Shown here: positions 11,484 to 25,800 of the stretch, piece after piece | Layout of the letters: the number at the start of each line of letters is the position of its first letter | Numbering within the stretch: position 1 is the stretch's first letter | From: Amphiscolops sp. MND2022 | Lineage: Eukaryota | Assembly (NCBI GenBank): GCA_964187785.1 | Contig: OZ076415.1 | Coordinates: 60,698,001-60,762,000 of the forward strand | Direction: 5' to 3' | Length of the DNA stretch: 64,000 bases | The notes under the pieces: generated by a model | Database searches by the model: none | Seen by the model: the letters and a program-made list of their open reading frames with translations, nothing else | Told to the model about the DNA's origin: nothing | Program-made: the position numbers and the translations under genes

Positions 11484-12089
11484 GTTGGAAATATTCACAT
11501 GTAGCGCAGTGATGCACTGCTGTTTTTTTCCAAAACGAGCGACAATCAAGATTGAAATTAATCTTTACAATACAATAGGAAATCTTATTTAAAAGGAAAG
11601 GCAACAAAAACGCTGCTTTAAAATTGAAGAAGAAATTTATAAGATATTATTGTAGTTTCTGTGAGCATTTAACTCAGGAGATTTTTAGTGAGCTTACCTA
11701 AGTTATAAATTGATAGAATTTGTAAATTTTCAAAAACCGAATCAAATTACTAAGTGCTTGAACTTTTCCCAATTACCGATGGAAACGTTGCCATAGCTGT
11801 TGGCAGGTGAATTAATCGTTTAAAGGTTCTTTTTTTGTGCCTCTCAAGAACAATAGGTTTGATTAAAAATCTCTGACTAAAAAATAAAATACAACTCACA
11901 AAAAAATTGACACCGAAGCTTTTCACCTTAATTGTCTACTTAAGACCATAGAAGAGTCCGATATTTCTGTATATTTCACCCTGTTTGTTTTTTTTTCTGA
12001 AATTGGAGATTCTTCCACTACTGAAACATGAAAGTTTTACATGAAACATTAAAACTCATGCTTGTTTGTTCAACCCGGGCAGTCACTTC

Positions 12090-12240
12090 CGCTGCAGGTC
12101 ACGTGCGCTCGTCACCCAATCACGTGGGTTGTCAGCTGAACAGATTAGACAACTCCAAACCAGACAATGCACACAGAAGTGCTGCAGCTAATCTCCTCTC
12201 CAAGCAACCCCCCTCACTCTCCACAACCAATGACGCCAGA
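12090..12240 (+). promoter_or_regulatory. Candidate promoter/enhancer: two CACGTG E-boxes and two CCAAT boxes
   Basis: GGTCACGTGC (~12098), CCCAATCACGTGG (~12115), ACCAATGACG (~12226) in a GC-richer island upstream of the KLF exons. Confidence 0.3.
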
Positions 12241-13422
12241 CCAGCAGGCATGTTGAACTGCTTCAAGTTGAAAGGAAATCAAACTAGAGTACTGTACTCT
12301 AACAAGACAACACTGGGACATTTTCCGCCATTGAACCATTGAAGTAACATATTTTTGAGAATTGTTCAAAGGGTGCACAAAAAGTTCCAAAGTTAAAATA
12401 GATGAATTTTCAGAGGATTTTAACAAACGGAGACCTATCTTAGTGTGTGCCCTGAGAATTGAAAAAAAGCGGCTAAAAATAGTTTTTTTTGATATCCCAG
12501 ATAAAAGGATATATAACCAAAACTACAGAATCAAAAAGGAGGCAAACTTCTTCAGAAAATGGAAACCACTGATTAAAATTAGGGATTCCCTAGATTACAC
12601 CTGGTGCTATTCATTCATTAGAATTTTTTCTAAATTTTTCCAGGGAAGTTGCTTTTTGTCGTGAAAAATTATTACTTCTTCAGAAAGATTTGTTCAAAGT
12701 TGACCGCGGATTTCAGCGAAAATTGGTTTTTGAATTACTGTTACTACAACACAGGCCATTTAGAAGCAATAAACTTTGAACTGTAAACCGTAAAAAACAT
12801 ATTGGTGGTCGTTAAATTTGCTTAGGAATCTTTATTTTTTATCGACTCCTTTATTTTTCGTTGATTTTTATAAACTGAATGTTATAGCATTTGTAATTCA
12901 TCATGCTTGCGTGACAGTGACGTCAAATTCGTCTTCTCCTCTTTCGAAATTGATCAACTTCTCTCAGCAAAGCAAAATGTGGTTTGAGTCTATGTCCAAT
13001 GAAAAAGACGCAACTTGTTTTGCTAAGTTTCAGATGGAAGCTCATCAACAGGCATTTCATTCGTTTACTTAAGAAAGTCGTTCATTTGCTGTCTTTTATT
13101 TTCGACCCAAACTCCCCAAAAAATTGAGACTCCCAATATTTGCAAACATTTTCAGAAAACCAATTAACATAAAACACATTTTGCCGTTTTTAGTTTTCAT
13201 TCTTTTATCTTTTTGCGTTTGAAAGATTCTCCATGAAAAACTGAAATAAAAATCTTGGGCGAATTTTGCCCTCAGAAAACATACTATGTAGCTCTGCTTT
13301 CCGTGATTTCAGCCTTTTTTCTCAAAAAATTGTTTCTCAAAACCTATGAAATGCCTTAACCTCGTCAGTCAAATGCGTTTACGCATCAAAAGAAACATGC
13401 CGCAGCATCTTCTAAATATAAC

Positions 13423-15310
<1,888 letters not shown>

Positions 15311-17550
15311 CAACTAGGTGGGCGGCAAAAACAACACGAAATGACGACGAAACATGACAAACCCCAAAAACTTGCTCCAAATGAAATCCACAGAACACTT
15401 CGTTGTACAAAATGTACAGAAAGGAGTATTTCAGTGGAGTCCAACTACCCCAGTTTGACGATTTTCCTTTCAGGAAATGAAAACTATGACGATGTATCAG
15501 TTCGATAGAATGGTACAAATACAAGCAGTTGAATGCAACAGTACTGATGTTCAAAAACCAAAAAAGTTAGTCTTCACGTGAAAAATATTCAATAAAGCTC
15601 ATAAGTGATCAAACGCTATACATAGTCGCGTCTGCTCGAATTTTCTACATGCAATATGCCTGATGCAGCGTAATGTTTCAGAAAAAATCTTAAAATGCAG
15701 TAAGCTTCCACCGGTGAATTCTGCATGATTCCATTTGTGAAATTATTATCGAAAACCCTTCCCAATTCTTTACCGACACGGCCGCGTTGTTATTACACAA
15801 TTTATAGTATCTTTGAGTACTTTGCACTGAAACGGAAGTTCTTTGGATTCGTGACACCTGGGTGTGCAAATAGTAGTTGAGCATCAAAAGTCCATCTAAA
15901 ACCTACAAAAGTCCACGACGTCCAAACGCGGCTGAATTTCTGAAAAGCCTTTGTTAAAGTTTGCTGTTCATCAGTGAAAATGTTGGGAGGCAGAGTAAGA
16001 CTTCCGGCCAAAGACAAAAATGCGCGGTGAGTGCTGTTTTTGGATTTCACCGGCTTGTCTGCAAGTCTGAGATTGACTAAGGAGTCGGTCATCGGAGTCT
16101 TTTGGGTGGAATTAATATCTTTTAGGGAAGCACTCGTTTTTTTAAAAGGGTCTTTTGTTTAGATTGGAGGGCTTGGTGTTGGGCATTATTAAAGTCTTCG
16201 TTGAATTTGACGCTTTCCGCTAGAGCGGTGTTTAAAATTATTCAATTGGTTGCATCGCATGCCGAGGGCATCAGTTGTTACAAAATATACTTTTGCTTTC
16301 GTATCTTGATTACCTTCTGAGGCAAAAAGTGGGCAAGTTGACACAAAAACAATAGTTCGTGGGCAAGTCAAAGTTAGTAGAGGGAGGCTGGACACAGAGT
16401 GGGTTCAAGAAGCGGCAAAACATGGGTCTGTTGTCCTTTAGCTTCCACAGGATATAAGTTCAACCATCGGCGAAAAACTTCCGAATGACGTATTCCGTAT
16501 ACATGGAAAGTATTTCCACAGGAGGACTGGTAGTAAAAATGTTGATGAATGAACGGACCTGTACTTCAAATGCATTTTCATTGTTTTACTAGACAGTAGT
16601 AGCAGAACAAAATATGAAGGTGCTTGGCTTCTTTGCGATGAGCGAGAAATACGTTACAAGAGAAATCATGAAAAAGTGAGAAACCTTGCCTGAAGAGAGA
16701 GTCTTTGCTTGTTGTTGAGTTCACATCACAGCACAATTTGACGCAGGTCTTTGAGCATCAGTTACATGTCAATACAACTATGTTTTGTTTCCCTTCCTGA
16801 CGATGCGGAAACAGAAAAGCGTCTTTGGCTGTACATGTTCCAATGAAATAGTCTGTTTTGAGAGTGGTAGAAATGTTTGACTATTGAGCTCAGCGCAATG
16901 AAGGGCAAGAAGTTTTGCTAATTGCAGCAGTTCGTCAAAGGTTTGCATTGCAAGGCAGCTTGTGCCAGCAACATATAAATAATGGAACACAAAAATATTG
17001 CCTGACACTAGCATAATTAACGAAAGCAGAGCGCAACAAACGTAGATGCAGCCCAAATAAATCCAGTTGTCATTATTTTTAGAAATCCATAGTCACGACG
17101 ATTTCACGAAAAAGTTTTACTTGCCAGTGCTCGAATAATTCTCCTATCTCGTGGACATTAAACCGGCCTGCGTGGGTGGTGGGTAAGCTAGATGAGCTCA
17201 AATTAGCACTAGCACGAGACAAGAAGAAAACAAAGTAAAAACTCTTATTAATTAAGTCACGTTACACTGTCAATTTTAGCCTGAGAATGATATAACAACC
17301 CACTTTTGTTGAAAGTTTGGGAATTGTGTTTATTATTCAACAACTGTGTTTATTGATGCTAAATTGATGCACAGAAGCTACATAAATTTCTCTTTCGAAT
17401 GTGTGGACGGTTGACTTGAAAATCAAACTTTATTAAAACTTTTTATTTGCTAGAGGCTGTTCTAGGTAGTATGAATTTTTCTTGTCTGGAGATCCTTTAG
17501 TTTAGAAGTGTGAAATATTTAACTTACATTCGTGAAAGTGGTGCTAGTTG

Positions 17551-18428
17551 TGTAACGTTTCCGGCCTCAACATGAAACTGCAACGTTTGCTCGTTCTCGG
17601 ATCAAGACGAGTCAGTAGGAACAGTTTGTTGGCATTAGACTGACCAATGGTTGGGGTTTAAAGGGGCCAGAAGTTGTAAAAATTGTACGAAACTGGAGAA
17701 CTTGACAGCTTGCTAACTTTACTGAGTAGAATTCCAGTTTGTTCAGTAAATAATAATATTTTAACAACCATGAATATTGTTGCAAGATTGGCGTACAGAA
17801 GCTAGCTGATTTTACTATTTCGGATGTATCGACGGTTGTCTTAAAAGTCTAAATTTACTAGGTTCAGTTATTTGCTAGAGATTGTTCTTGTTTGTAAAAA
17901 ATACTTTAAGTTTGAAATACTTTAAATTTAGGAGTAAGAAAAACCGACTAACATGGCTGGTGGTTGTAGCGATTGTGTTAGTAAACTGGGGCAAAGGATT
18001 AATTGCAACTTGACAACTGGCACGGGTCAGACGGGCGGCAACAGATTAGTAATATCTAATTAAACAGGTGCCGGAGGTGAAGGGTTTAAGTTTGGGTTGA
18101 GATTCGAGGGAAACATGAGGGAATTTTGGGGAAGAAACGTCGTGAAAATATGTTCTTTTTAAAAAACAAGAAGAAGCTTGAGGATACAAAACTGCTAGTT
18201 TATATTAAAAACGAATTAGCGTCTGTCAGAAAATGTACTGGTTAGTAGAAACAATGCTATTATTACGGGACACTTGGCTTGTTCAGATTAGGACACATTT
18301 TGTTTAAATAAGCAGTTTATTGTTTGTCAAGTGTTTTTATTTCTCCAGAAGAGTTCTATTTTGTTATCAGTTATCTTTAGCCAATAAGAATACTGGTTTG
18401 CTGTTACTGGTTTACTGCAGTTCGCTAT
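17551..18428 (-). repeat. Putative 3' LTR of Gypsy element 1
   Basis: Minus-strand purine tract AGGGGAGGGGG at ~18434-18444 just after the ORF stop at 18466; AATAAA inside; plus-strand TGTAACG at 17551 (element end ...CGTTACA). No second LTR to confirm boundaries. Confidence 0.45.
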
Positions 18429-18465
18429 AAATGCCCCCTCCCCTGTGGTTTGCGTCCTCGCAAGG

Positions 18466-19575
18466 TTAGGTGGATATATGAAAAAGGACCATTAACTGCG
18501 GGTAAACAGTTGGTCCTTGAGGAAGGCGAGTCGAATCTGGGTTTCGTGGAGTACAATCCCCACACGTATGGTCGCTGTCTAGTAGGAAGCGAAGGCCGTA
18601 GAGACCAGAATGGTCGTACACTTGACGCAATGTTGGATTACTGAGAACTCGTTTGATTGCCGTGATAAGGGGAACTAACAGCGCCGCATCTTGCACCTGG
18701 GGATCATCATAGGTGGTCAAAATTTTGTTGAGATGTAAGAATCGGAGCAGTGTTTTAGCATGCAAAGCAACTGTGTCATCGGAGGCGAAAGGTGTGCAGC
18801 ATAGAAAATCGTATAAAATAGTACAAGGCGTGGAAGTAGAATAAAAGTCTGTGGGCAACAAGAGCAAATGTCCTCTGATTAGGGACAAAAGGGCATGGGA
18901 ACAGCTATTATCTGTGCGGGCTAACCTACTGCGCAAATCGGAAATTTCCTCAATTTTTGTAAGGGAATCAGCCATGAGGCTGTTATGAGTGGAGTTAAGA
19001 TCTGTTAGGGCAGTGCGCAAGTCCTCATTACGTTTCTGCAGAATGTCGTTCTCTGTTTGAAGGGCTTTTAATTGTGAGTAGGCTTTCAGAAAGCCTTCGT
19101 GCAGCTTGGAGCACTCGGTGCGGGCATCATTGAAGGCCCTCTTCAATTGCTCGACGGAGCTAAAAACCGTCGTTAAAATGCACCACTCGTCCATGGCGTC
19201 TTTTTCAAAAAGGTCGACTTGTACTTCGGCGTCATCCTTAACTTTCGGGGGCACTGGGTCTGGGCATAGGCATTTGTTAGTGGGCAGGTCGACTTCGACG
19301 ACGGATTCAGCAGCAAGGGGAGGCGGGAGCCAGAGTTGGTTGAGGAAACGACGAAAGGCAAGGCAATTATCGTTCACCTTTTGTAAGAGACAAGTACGGC
19401 CATCCGGGAAGAGTTTCTTCATGACATATCGGGTATCCTCGACTAGGTGAACTACGTCACCGACACCAACGGGGGCAACGCGGCCAGAGCAGGTGACCAC
19501 TGGGGTCTTGGAAGCAGCCGGGGAAGAGTAGAACGGGAAAGAAGACCTGAAACATAAAAAAACGTGCATGATCAA
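18466..19575 (-). CDS. Intact accessory ORF (369 aa, central coiled coil) downstream of env
   Basis: Uninterrupted ORF with heptad-like segment VEQLKRAFNDARTECSKLHEGFLKAYSQLKALQTENDILQKRNEDLRTALTDLNSTHNSL; no family recognised; true start may be downstream. Confidence 0.7.
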   Translation of the reverse strand: MIMHVFLCFRSSFPFYSSPAASKTPVVTCSGRVAPVGVGDVVHLVEDTRYVMKKLFPDGRTCLLQKVNDNCLAFRRFLNQLWLPPPLAAESVVEVDLPTNKCLCPDPVPPKVKDDAEVQVDLFEKDAMDEWCILTTVFSSVEQLKRAFNDARTECSKLHEGFLKAYSQLKALQTENDILQKRNEDLRTALTDLNSTHNSLMADSLTKIEEISDLRSRLARTDNSCSHALLSLIRGHLLLLPTDFYSTSTPCTILYDFLCCTPFASDDTVALHAKTLLRFLHLNKILTTYDDPQVQDAALLVPLITAIKRVLSNPTLRQVYDHSGLYGLRFLLDSDHTCGDCTPRNPDSTRLPQGPTVYPQLMVLFHIST

Positions 19576-19704
19576 AACACAAAAGGGTATACCTAAGAGA
19601 CCAAAAAAGGGGGGTAGCGCAGACTAGGGGTATCTTACTGAAAAGCATGGAAACATGCGAAGAGCAGGACAGTCGTCCAGAGTTTTCAAATAGAGGGTGT
19701 ACAC

Positions 19705-19936
19705 TGAGCATCATCATCAGATGAAGAGTAATAGCGCAACGTAAAAATACGCGCGGTTGCATCACACGAGGTGATTACTATGTAAAGTTGAACATGGAAA
19801 CACGTTCCGGGGCATCACACAAGGTGAAGAATAAATGTCAGTGACCGAGGAGACACGTTCGAGAGCATCACATGTAGTGAAGCTTTGTTTGGAATGAACG
19901 CGGAAACGCATTCCAGAGGATCACTTGAAGTGAAGA
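19705..19936. repeat. 53-bp-period array of TCAC-N5-GTGA palindromes (4 clear, 1 degenerate)
   Basis: TCAC at 19762, 19815, 19868, 19921 (exact 53-bp spacing), each followed 5 nt later by GTGA; partly conserved ACRCRTTC..GCATCAC flank; spacers differ. Confidence 0.85.
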
Positions 19937-22338
19937 TTTGTTGAATTAATGATGTGAGTGTTATTGTGTGGTTGAAGTGTTATAAATAGCTGCGCTAATA
20001 GGAGGGACATACGGTTAGGAAGAGTGGGGGGATGTGTTGAATTCTCATGCGTTAGAGTAGAAGTAAGACTGTTACTGGTAGCATAATTAGAAGCGTTGAA
20101 ATTCGAAAGTTGAACAGGTCGTCGTAACGTTTCTTGTGCTAGTTCCTGCAAAGCATGGAACTCACTGACGGAAAGATAAAGGAAGGATGAATCATCATCT
20201 TGAGGCCGCTGAGAAGAGTCACCTATGATGTGCACAAAACGTCCATTGGTATCACGGAAGAACTGGTTAGGATGGGAGAACAGGCGTTGCCATTGTTGAT
20301 GAAAGAGGGTGAAACTGACACAAAAGGATAACAATGAGATGGTAATAGAGGTGAGAGAGAACAGAACTGCAGTTTTTGTATGCAGATAGGATGACAACGC
20401 AGCAGAAGTAGCAGGACAAATAGAGGAGTAGTATTGAGCGATCTGTCGTGTTAGTTCGTCCAATGTTTCCGGAGACGTACGCTGAACGTCAGGCAATCCC
20501 GCAAACTCCATACGGACACTATTAAGAACAGATTGACGAGCTTCGGCAATCGAATAAACGTGAAAACGACTGGATGCTTGAGGAACATGACGAAAGACTT
20601 GATCCAAAGAGAGAGTTAATTGAATAGATGCTATGAGGGGCTGGAGCTTACTTTCGCAAAAATCCATGTCAGGTGTTAGGACAAGATCTCCCTGAGTGAA
20701 GAGGAGAGGGTGCTTGTGCAGCTGGGGCGGATAATGCAAGCGTGGCAAGAAAGCGTTTGAACAGGGAGACCAGCAGTGCGACTATCATTTTTCATGTGAA
20801 GGGAAGAATAACGAGAGATGACATGATACATGCCATCTGCTAGATAAAAAGCTTGCTGAGCATCCGGTAAAAAGAACAGATTCCACTTTACAGTTACGAA
20901 TAGATGCGACATCATAGTTATAAAAAAGTGAGGATAAACAAAATAATGTATCATCAGAAGTAGTAGAAAAACCTTTTCGGCACAAATTAATACGGTTATT
21001 ATCAGAGCATTGTTGCATTGTTGACGCTCCAAGTTCTGCAAACTCTGTATTATCAATAGAGATGGTTAAAAAAGGCTGTGCAAGCTGATATAAAGAAGCA
21101 GTGGTGAGATCGTCGTTAGGTTGGTACAAAGGAGTGGCGTGATAAACGTTACAAGTAGAAGACTTAGAGTTCATGGGAACACCAAGGACAACTGAAATGC
21201 CAGTAGTTGAAAGTGAGACTTCCAAAACCATCTGTATTTCATAATAGATAGCTTTCTGTCCAACACGGATTGCGGGAGAAAGTTTTGTGCCAGTTCTCAG
21301 ACTATGGAGGCAAGTTGGTCCGGGATTAAAAACTGTGGTGTAACATATACAGCGGCAAAGGATAAAATTGTGGAAAACAAAGAAATTTTATAGGCGTAAA
21401 ATGCTGCTCGAAGACTTTTTACGTGCGTGTACAAGGTGTCTAATTGACCAATGTAATCACGAATTTGCTGCGCGATGACCACGTTCCGGGTTTCGTGTGA
21501 ATAGCATTCATGCAGAGTAGACAACGTGCCTTTTATTTTAGGAATGTCATTCTCGAAGGTTTTGATGTGAGTACCCACAACTTCTTTTATCTTTGCTACA
21601 CTTTCTTGAGTCCTTTTTATCTCATTTCCCAATAAAAAGAAATTTCTTTCATTTTTTGTTTGTACTCTCGTCCGAGTGTCTTGCAGTGCTTGCTGGTTTC
21701 TCATTATATTGCGAACACCAGCCTCAAGGGCTTTATTTTCAGTGCAATGGCTAAAATTTGAGAGTGCTGAACATGCAGCCTCTTTGACTGGGTCACCTAA
21801 CACCAGTCCCGTAGCACCTGCGGCTGCCGCTATTAGACCAAGGGCCTCTTTTTCTCCTATGGTCCACGTTTTGCGGTTCCTGTGGCAGTAACGATTTCGC
21901 CACCCGGAGTAACTCCGTTTTATCTTTGTGTGCGTCTCGTATTTCCTGCTCCAGTAGAGTCAGTTTCGCTTCAAGTTCGTTGAACAAGAGTTCAAAAGCA
22001 TCGTTTATCCTGGCCGTTTTGCATAATTTGACAGTAAACTTTCCGGTGAGCGTATCAAAGTGTCCTCTAGTCTGCAGTTTGGTGTGGGCATCAGTCAAGT
22101 TGATTGCCGGATTCTCCAGGAATGGCGAAAACACTCGAACTTTGCTTTCACTTTCCGGAGTGACAGCTTGGTATTTGAAGACATATGCGGCTCCCTTTTT
22201 GAAGACCGAGGTTTGGTCTGTGTTGACGTTGGTGTTGTACTGCGCATCATAGGAGCTCGAGACTAGACGGCAGAATACGAAAAGGGGGATGAAGAAAGAA
22301 TATTGAGTCAAAGTTGACATTCTTCGAAGTCTAATCAC
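19921..22338 (-). pseudogene. Envelope/fusion glycoprotein (class I, F-type architecture), frameshifted
   Basis: Signal-peptide-like YSFFIPLFVFCRLVSS; furin site RRKR followed (after a 1-nt shift near 21846) by hydrophobic ALGLIAAAAGATGLVLG; heptad region; Cys-rich ectodomain; TM AVLFSLTSITISLLSFCVSFTLF. Split over ORFs 21793-22338, 21297-21803, 20785-21231, 19921-20748. Confidence 0.8.
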
Positions 22339-23180
22339 GTCAAGCAGTAGTACAGTGGGTGTAGTGCAGAGAAGCGGATGTGCGGAGGTAGTTTTTTAGT
22401 GTTGTTAGCACTTCTTGCCAGAAGTTTTCGTGTCCTTCGTGGACTAACAAACTCAGTAAAAGATTTGGGGATTTTTGCTTTATAAAGCGGAGCAGCGTTT
22501 CTCTGATTTTGTGTACTCTGTCGAAAAGTCCGAGTCTGTAGTGGGAATTCAGTTGAAGTCTTCGTTGACTTAGACGTCGCTGGCCGGGCAGACGTTAAAT
22601 ACGCGTTGTTGGTAGTCGAATGATCCGAAAAGGAAGATTGAGTTTGATTGGGTACAAAGTGTGTACGCTTCAAATTGCGAGCAGCATTAGTAATAAAAGA
22701 GTCTGAAGTAGCAGTCGAAGTTGGATCATCACAAACTTCTGAACGAAGTGGTGAACAGAAAATTGGTTGAGGGAAGTCAGTCACGGAGGGTTGATGAAGA
22801 GAGTGGGTGTGCAGCTCAGGCTGCCAGGATGTGAAGGTTGAAGGGACAGCAGTGGGTGTCTGCTGTGTGGCACGGATGTGGCACAGGTGGGGACGGAGTT
22901 GGAGTTAGGGGAAACTTGCATTGTTGGTTGTTTCAAAAGTTCAGGATAGGCGTTGGGAAATGGAACAAAGTAGGACTCACAGTCCTCATAGTCATTAACG
23001 TTACATGTTCCCAGCAGTTCTTTGTGGGTTTCAGATGTGGTGACATTGCGTTCAGGGAAATTAGTCAAAGCTGCATGCGTTCCGTGATAACGCTTCAGTC
23101 GTTCATAATGGACTACTTGTTGCTTTTTAGTGCTGACTTCTTCAATCAAAGAACTCACATCACTCAATCATTTGATAATT

Positions 23181-24218
23181 TTATACGATCCTCACATTGG
23201 GCTGGCTAAATTTGGGCTTCGTCCTGCTTTGACAACAGGGTAATACAAGAGGACCATTTCGTGCTCTTGGTATGTGGGACCATGTACGCGTTTTGTTGTA
23301 CAAAGCGTTGCGTCGCCGCTGTTGAGCTGTACTGCTTTTGCGAACAAGTTCGTATGCTTTACGGAAAGCAACGGTTCGATTTTGGACAAAGTTGTGCACT
23401 GTAGGGGGGTCGTCACTGTTTTGTGGTGAGAACATCAGGTCGAATGGTAGTGACGTTTCTCTACCGAAAACTAAGAAGTGCGGGGTGTATCCTGTTGATT
23501 CGTGAACAGAGGAGCGATATGCCATAAGGACATATGGTAGCTGCTGTGAACAATTCTGTTGGTCTTCATCGACGCACTTAGCTAACATACTAAGTAGGGT
23601 GCGGTTGATCCTTTCACAGACTGCATTGGATTGTGGGTGAAACGCTGTTGTCCTCGTCTTGTCAAATTCTAATCGCTGCAACAATGTCGTGAACAGTTCA
23701 GATTCGAAGATAGGTCCTCGATCAGTATGGATGCTGTGCGGACATCCGAAGTGACAGATCCAATGTTGAAAGAGCGCATCGGCTGTTGTTTGTGCCGTCC
23801 AATTGGGCAAAGGTACGGCTTCGTACCATTTGGTGAAGTGATCACCGATCTAGAGGAAGTGGTGGTTACCATTGGATGGGGGTAAAGTTCCGATGAAATC
23901 GATACTGATGTGGTGAAAGGGATAGCTCACACGCCAATCAATGAGCGAATGTCGATGAGTTTTCGGTGGATTGGCTCGCTTTTGGCATTTGTCGCAATGT
24001 TCAATGTGCAGTTTGACATCATCTTTGAAGCCAGGCCAAAAAAAACGCTCACGGATTTTCTCCATAGTTTTGAAGACACCCAAATGACCAGAGGTGAGAG
24101 AATCATGCATGGAAGTAAAAACTTTCGAGACAAGCGAAGGAGGAATTATTTGTTGGAGATACGGTAGATGATTATCTCGGGGATAGAATTCGCCGTCTTC
24201 TTGGGGTACATTTGCCAT
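23181..24218 (-). pseudogene. Gypsy integrase (HHCC and DDE), disrupted
   Basis: HDSLTSGHLG..CDKC zinc motif; IDFIG, HTDRG, CERINRT catalytic residues; broken into several ORFs. Confidence 0.92.
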
Positions 24219-24387
24219 CCCAGTCGTGGAAGGCCCTGTAAATCTGTATTGGTAGGGATTTCATTGTTTTTGACCGAACGACGAACGTGTTTGAGTGTCT
24301 CGTCGGCTCTCTGAGCATTGGCCATAGGACTGACTTGAATGTAATCAAGGGGCGTAGAACTAGCGGATGATTTGTGTGGCTCCATGA

Positions 24388-24770
24388 AATAAACAATTAT
24401 TTGGATGCTGCAACCACGGAATGTCTCCTTGATCAACTGTCGGACCAAATCCCAATCAAGTCGTTCTAGGCCTCCTCGTATGCAGGGTAAGCTCCTTTGT
24501 GGCGTGGACTCGCATGAACTCGAGAAAAGCGCGTAATGTGCCATATGTGAGTGGTGTTTTGACGAGTGACTAAGTGAGAGATGTAACGCCTGTCTGAGGA
24601 ATCCATTGAGGCCAAAGAGGTTGGATTGTGTGGTCTAAGTTAGTAGGGTAATTGGTTGGATAAAGGCTGAGGAGACACTGGGCAAATGTGATGGTGATAG
24701 CAAAGTCAGCGGATACACAATGGGCAATCGACGTGTTTGCATCAAGTACATTGCCCGCTAGTTCTTTGTA
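24388..24770 (-). pseudogene. Macro domain (Poa1p/OARD1-TARG1-like) between RNase H and integrase in Pol
   Basis: YKELAGNVLDANTSIAHCVSADF...RYISHLVT...SLPCIRGGLERLDWDLVRQLIKETFRGCSIQIIVY matches the OARD1-type pattern LAHCISED..YYLITK..LSMPRIGCGLDRLQW..I.EVF...I.VY (from memory). Confidence 0.75.
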
Positions 24771-25800
24771 ATGCTCATTATCAATTTCAGTCCCAGGATT
24801 GATAGGACCAATGATCTCTGCAATTCTTGCGGCTCCTCGTTCAGCCCAGTCATCTGAGCATTCAGACTCGGTTTCTGAGGAGAAGTTTTCAGCTACACCA
24901 TTGACGGATGCTGGAGGGATCCGTGTTAGGCCATCGGCATGACCAATTTTCCCGGACGATGTCGGACGTCGTAGTCGAAAGCAGCTAATTTTCAATCCAA
25001 CGGGTGGTGATTACATCCGGATCTTTGAAGTCAATTGTCTGTTAGAATATTGACATTTTAAACGGAAAAGTGATTTTTTTTGAAGTTATATCAACGATAA
25101 AGAAAATTAGTTCGGTTTTCAAACCAAAACCACATAAATACAATTTATGCATTTTCTTCAAAATTGTATCTTGTCATTGGTTTTTGATGAAGAACTCTAG
25201 CACACTTTGTCAACACGTATTTGCTCTGCATAGCATTTTTTGGTAGATCCAACCATAGATCCCATATTGCGCGTTTTGATATCCATTAACGGCATCTCAT
25301 ACATAATACTGTAAGCAGGAGATTGTGCTCGGAGATTTGAATCGTTGTATGACAGAATTCATTTGCGTTTGATAACTTGTAGACGGACTGAAAATTAGTT
25401 TCAATCGTTACGGCAAAACGACGGTCCAAAAACAGAAATTGCATTTCTCAACCATTTCTTGAAAATGTTTCCGAAGAAATCCCGGCACCCACAGAAGAAA
25501 ATTTTGTGACACCTGAAACAGATGGTAATCAGTTTTCATGTTTTTTTTTGAATGGAACTAGGAACTAGAGAAATTCCCAATGTTTCATCCAGGTTGTATT
25601 TTTTATTGAATATGTTGTAAAATATCATCGTGTAAAAAACTCAAGCTGGCTCACCTCACTTCAGGGTCAACGGGTGTTGTTTTGATCTGATTTTTACTGC
25701 TCCAAGAGATGTTTGTTTCTCATTTATAAATTTATATGCTCCTTGCACAACCGTCAGTTGATCGTTTTATATAAAAAGATCAAACACTTTTGGTGTTGTG

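Larger units (their letters stand above)
17551..25035 (-). mobile_element. Env-containing Ty3/Gypsy LTR retrotransposon, 5'-truncated in RNase H (gag, PR, RT absent)
   Basis: In element order: RNase H tail (FKDPD..RWIEKLAAFDY..HADGLTR), Macro domain, integrase, env, palindrome array, extra ORF, PPT, putative 3' LTR. Confidence 0.85.

Noticed and set aside
16100-17100. Possible exons of a membrane protein on the minus strand
   Set aside because: No consistent frame or recognisable motif.
25430-25530. Exon-like segment left of the Maverick (host gene interrupted by the insertion)
   Set aside because: A single short open segment with a donor site; could not be joined convincingly to sequence right of 39694.
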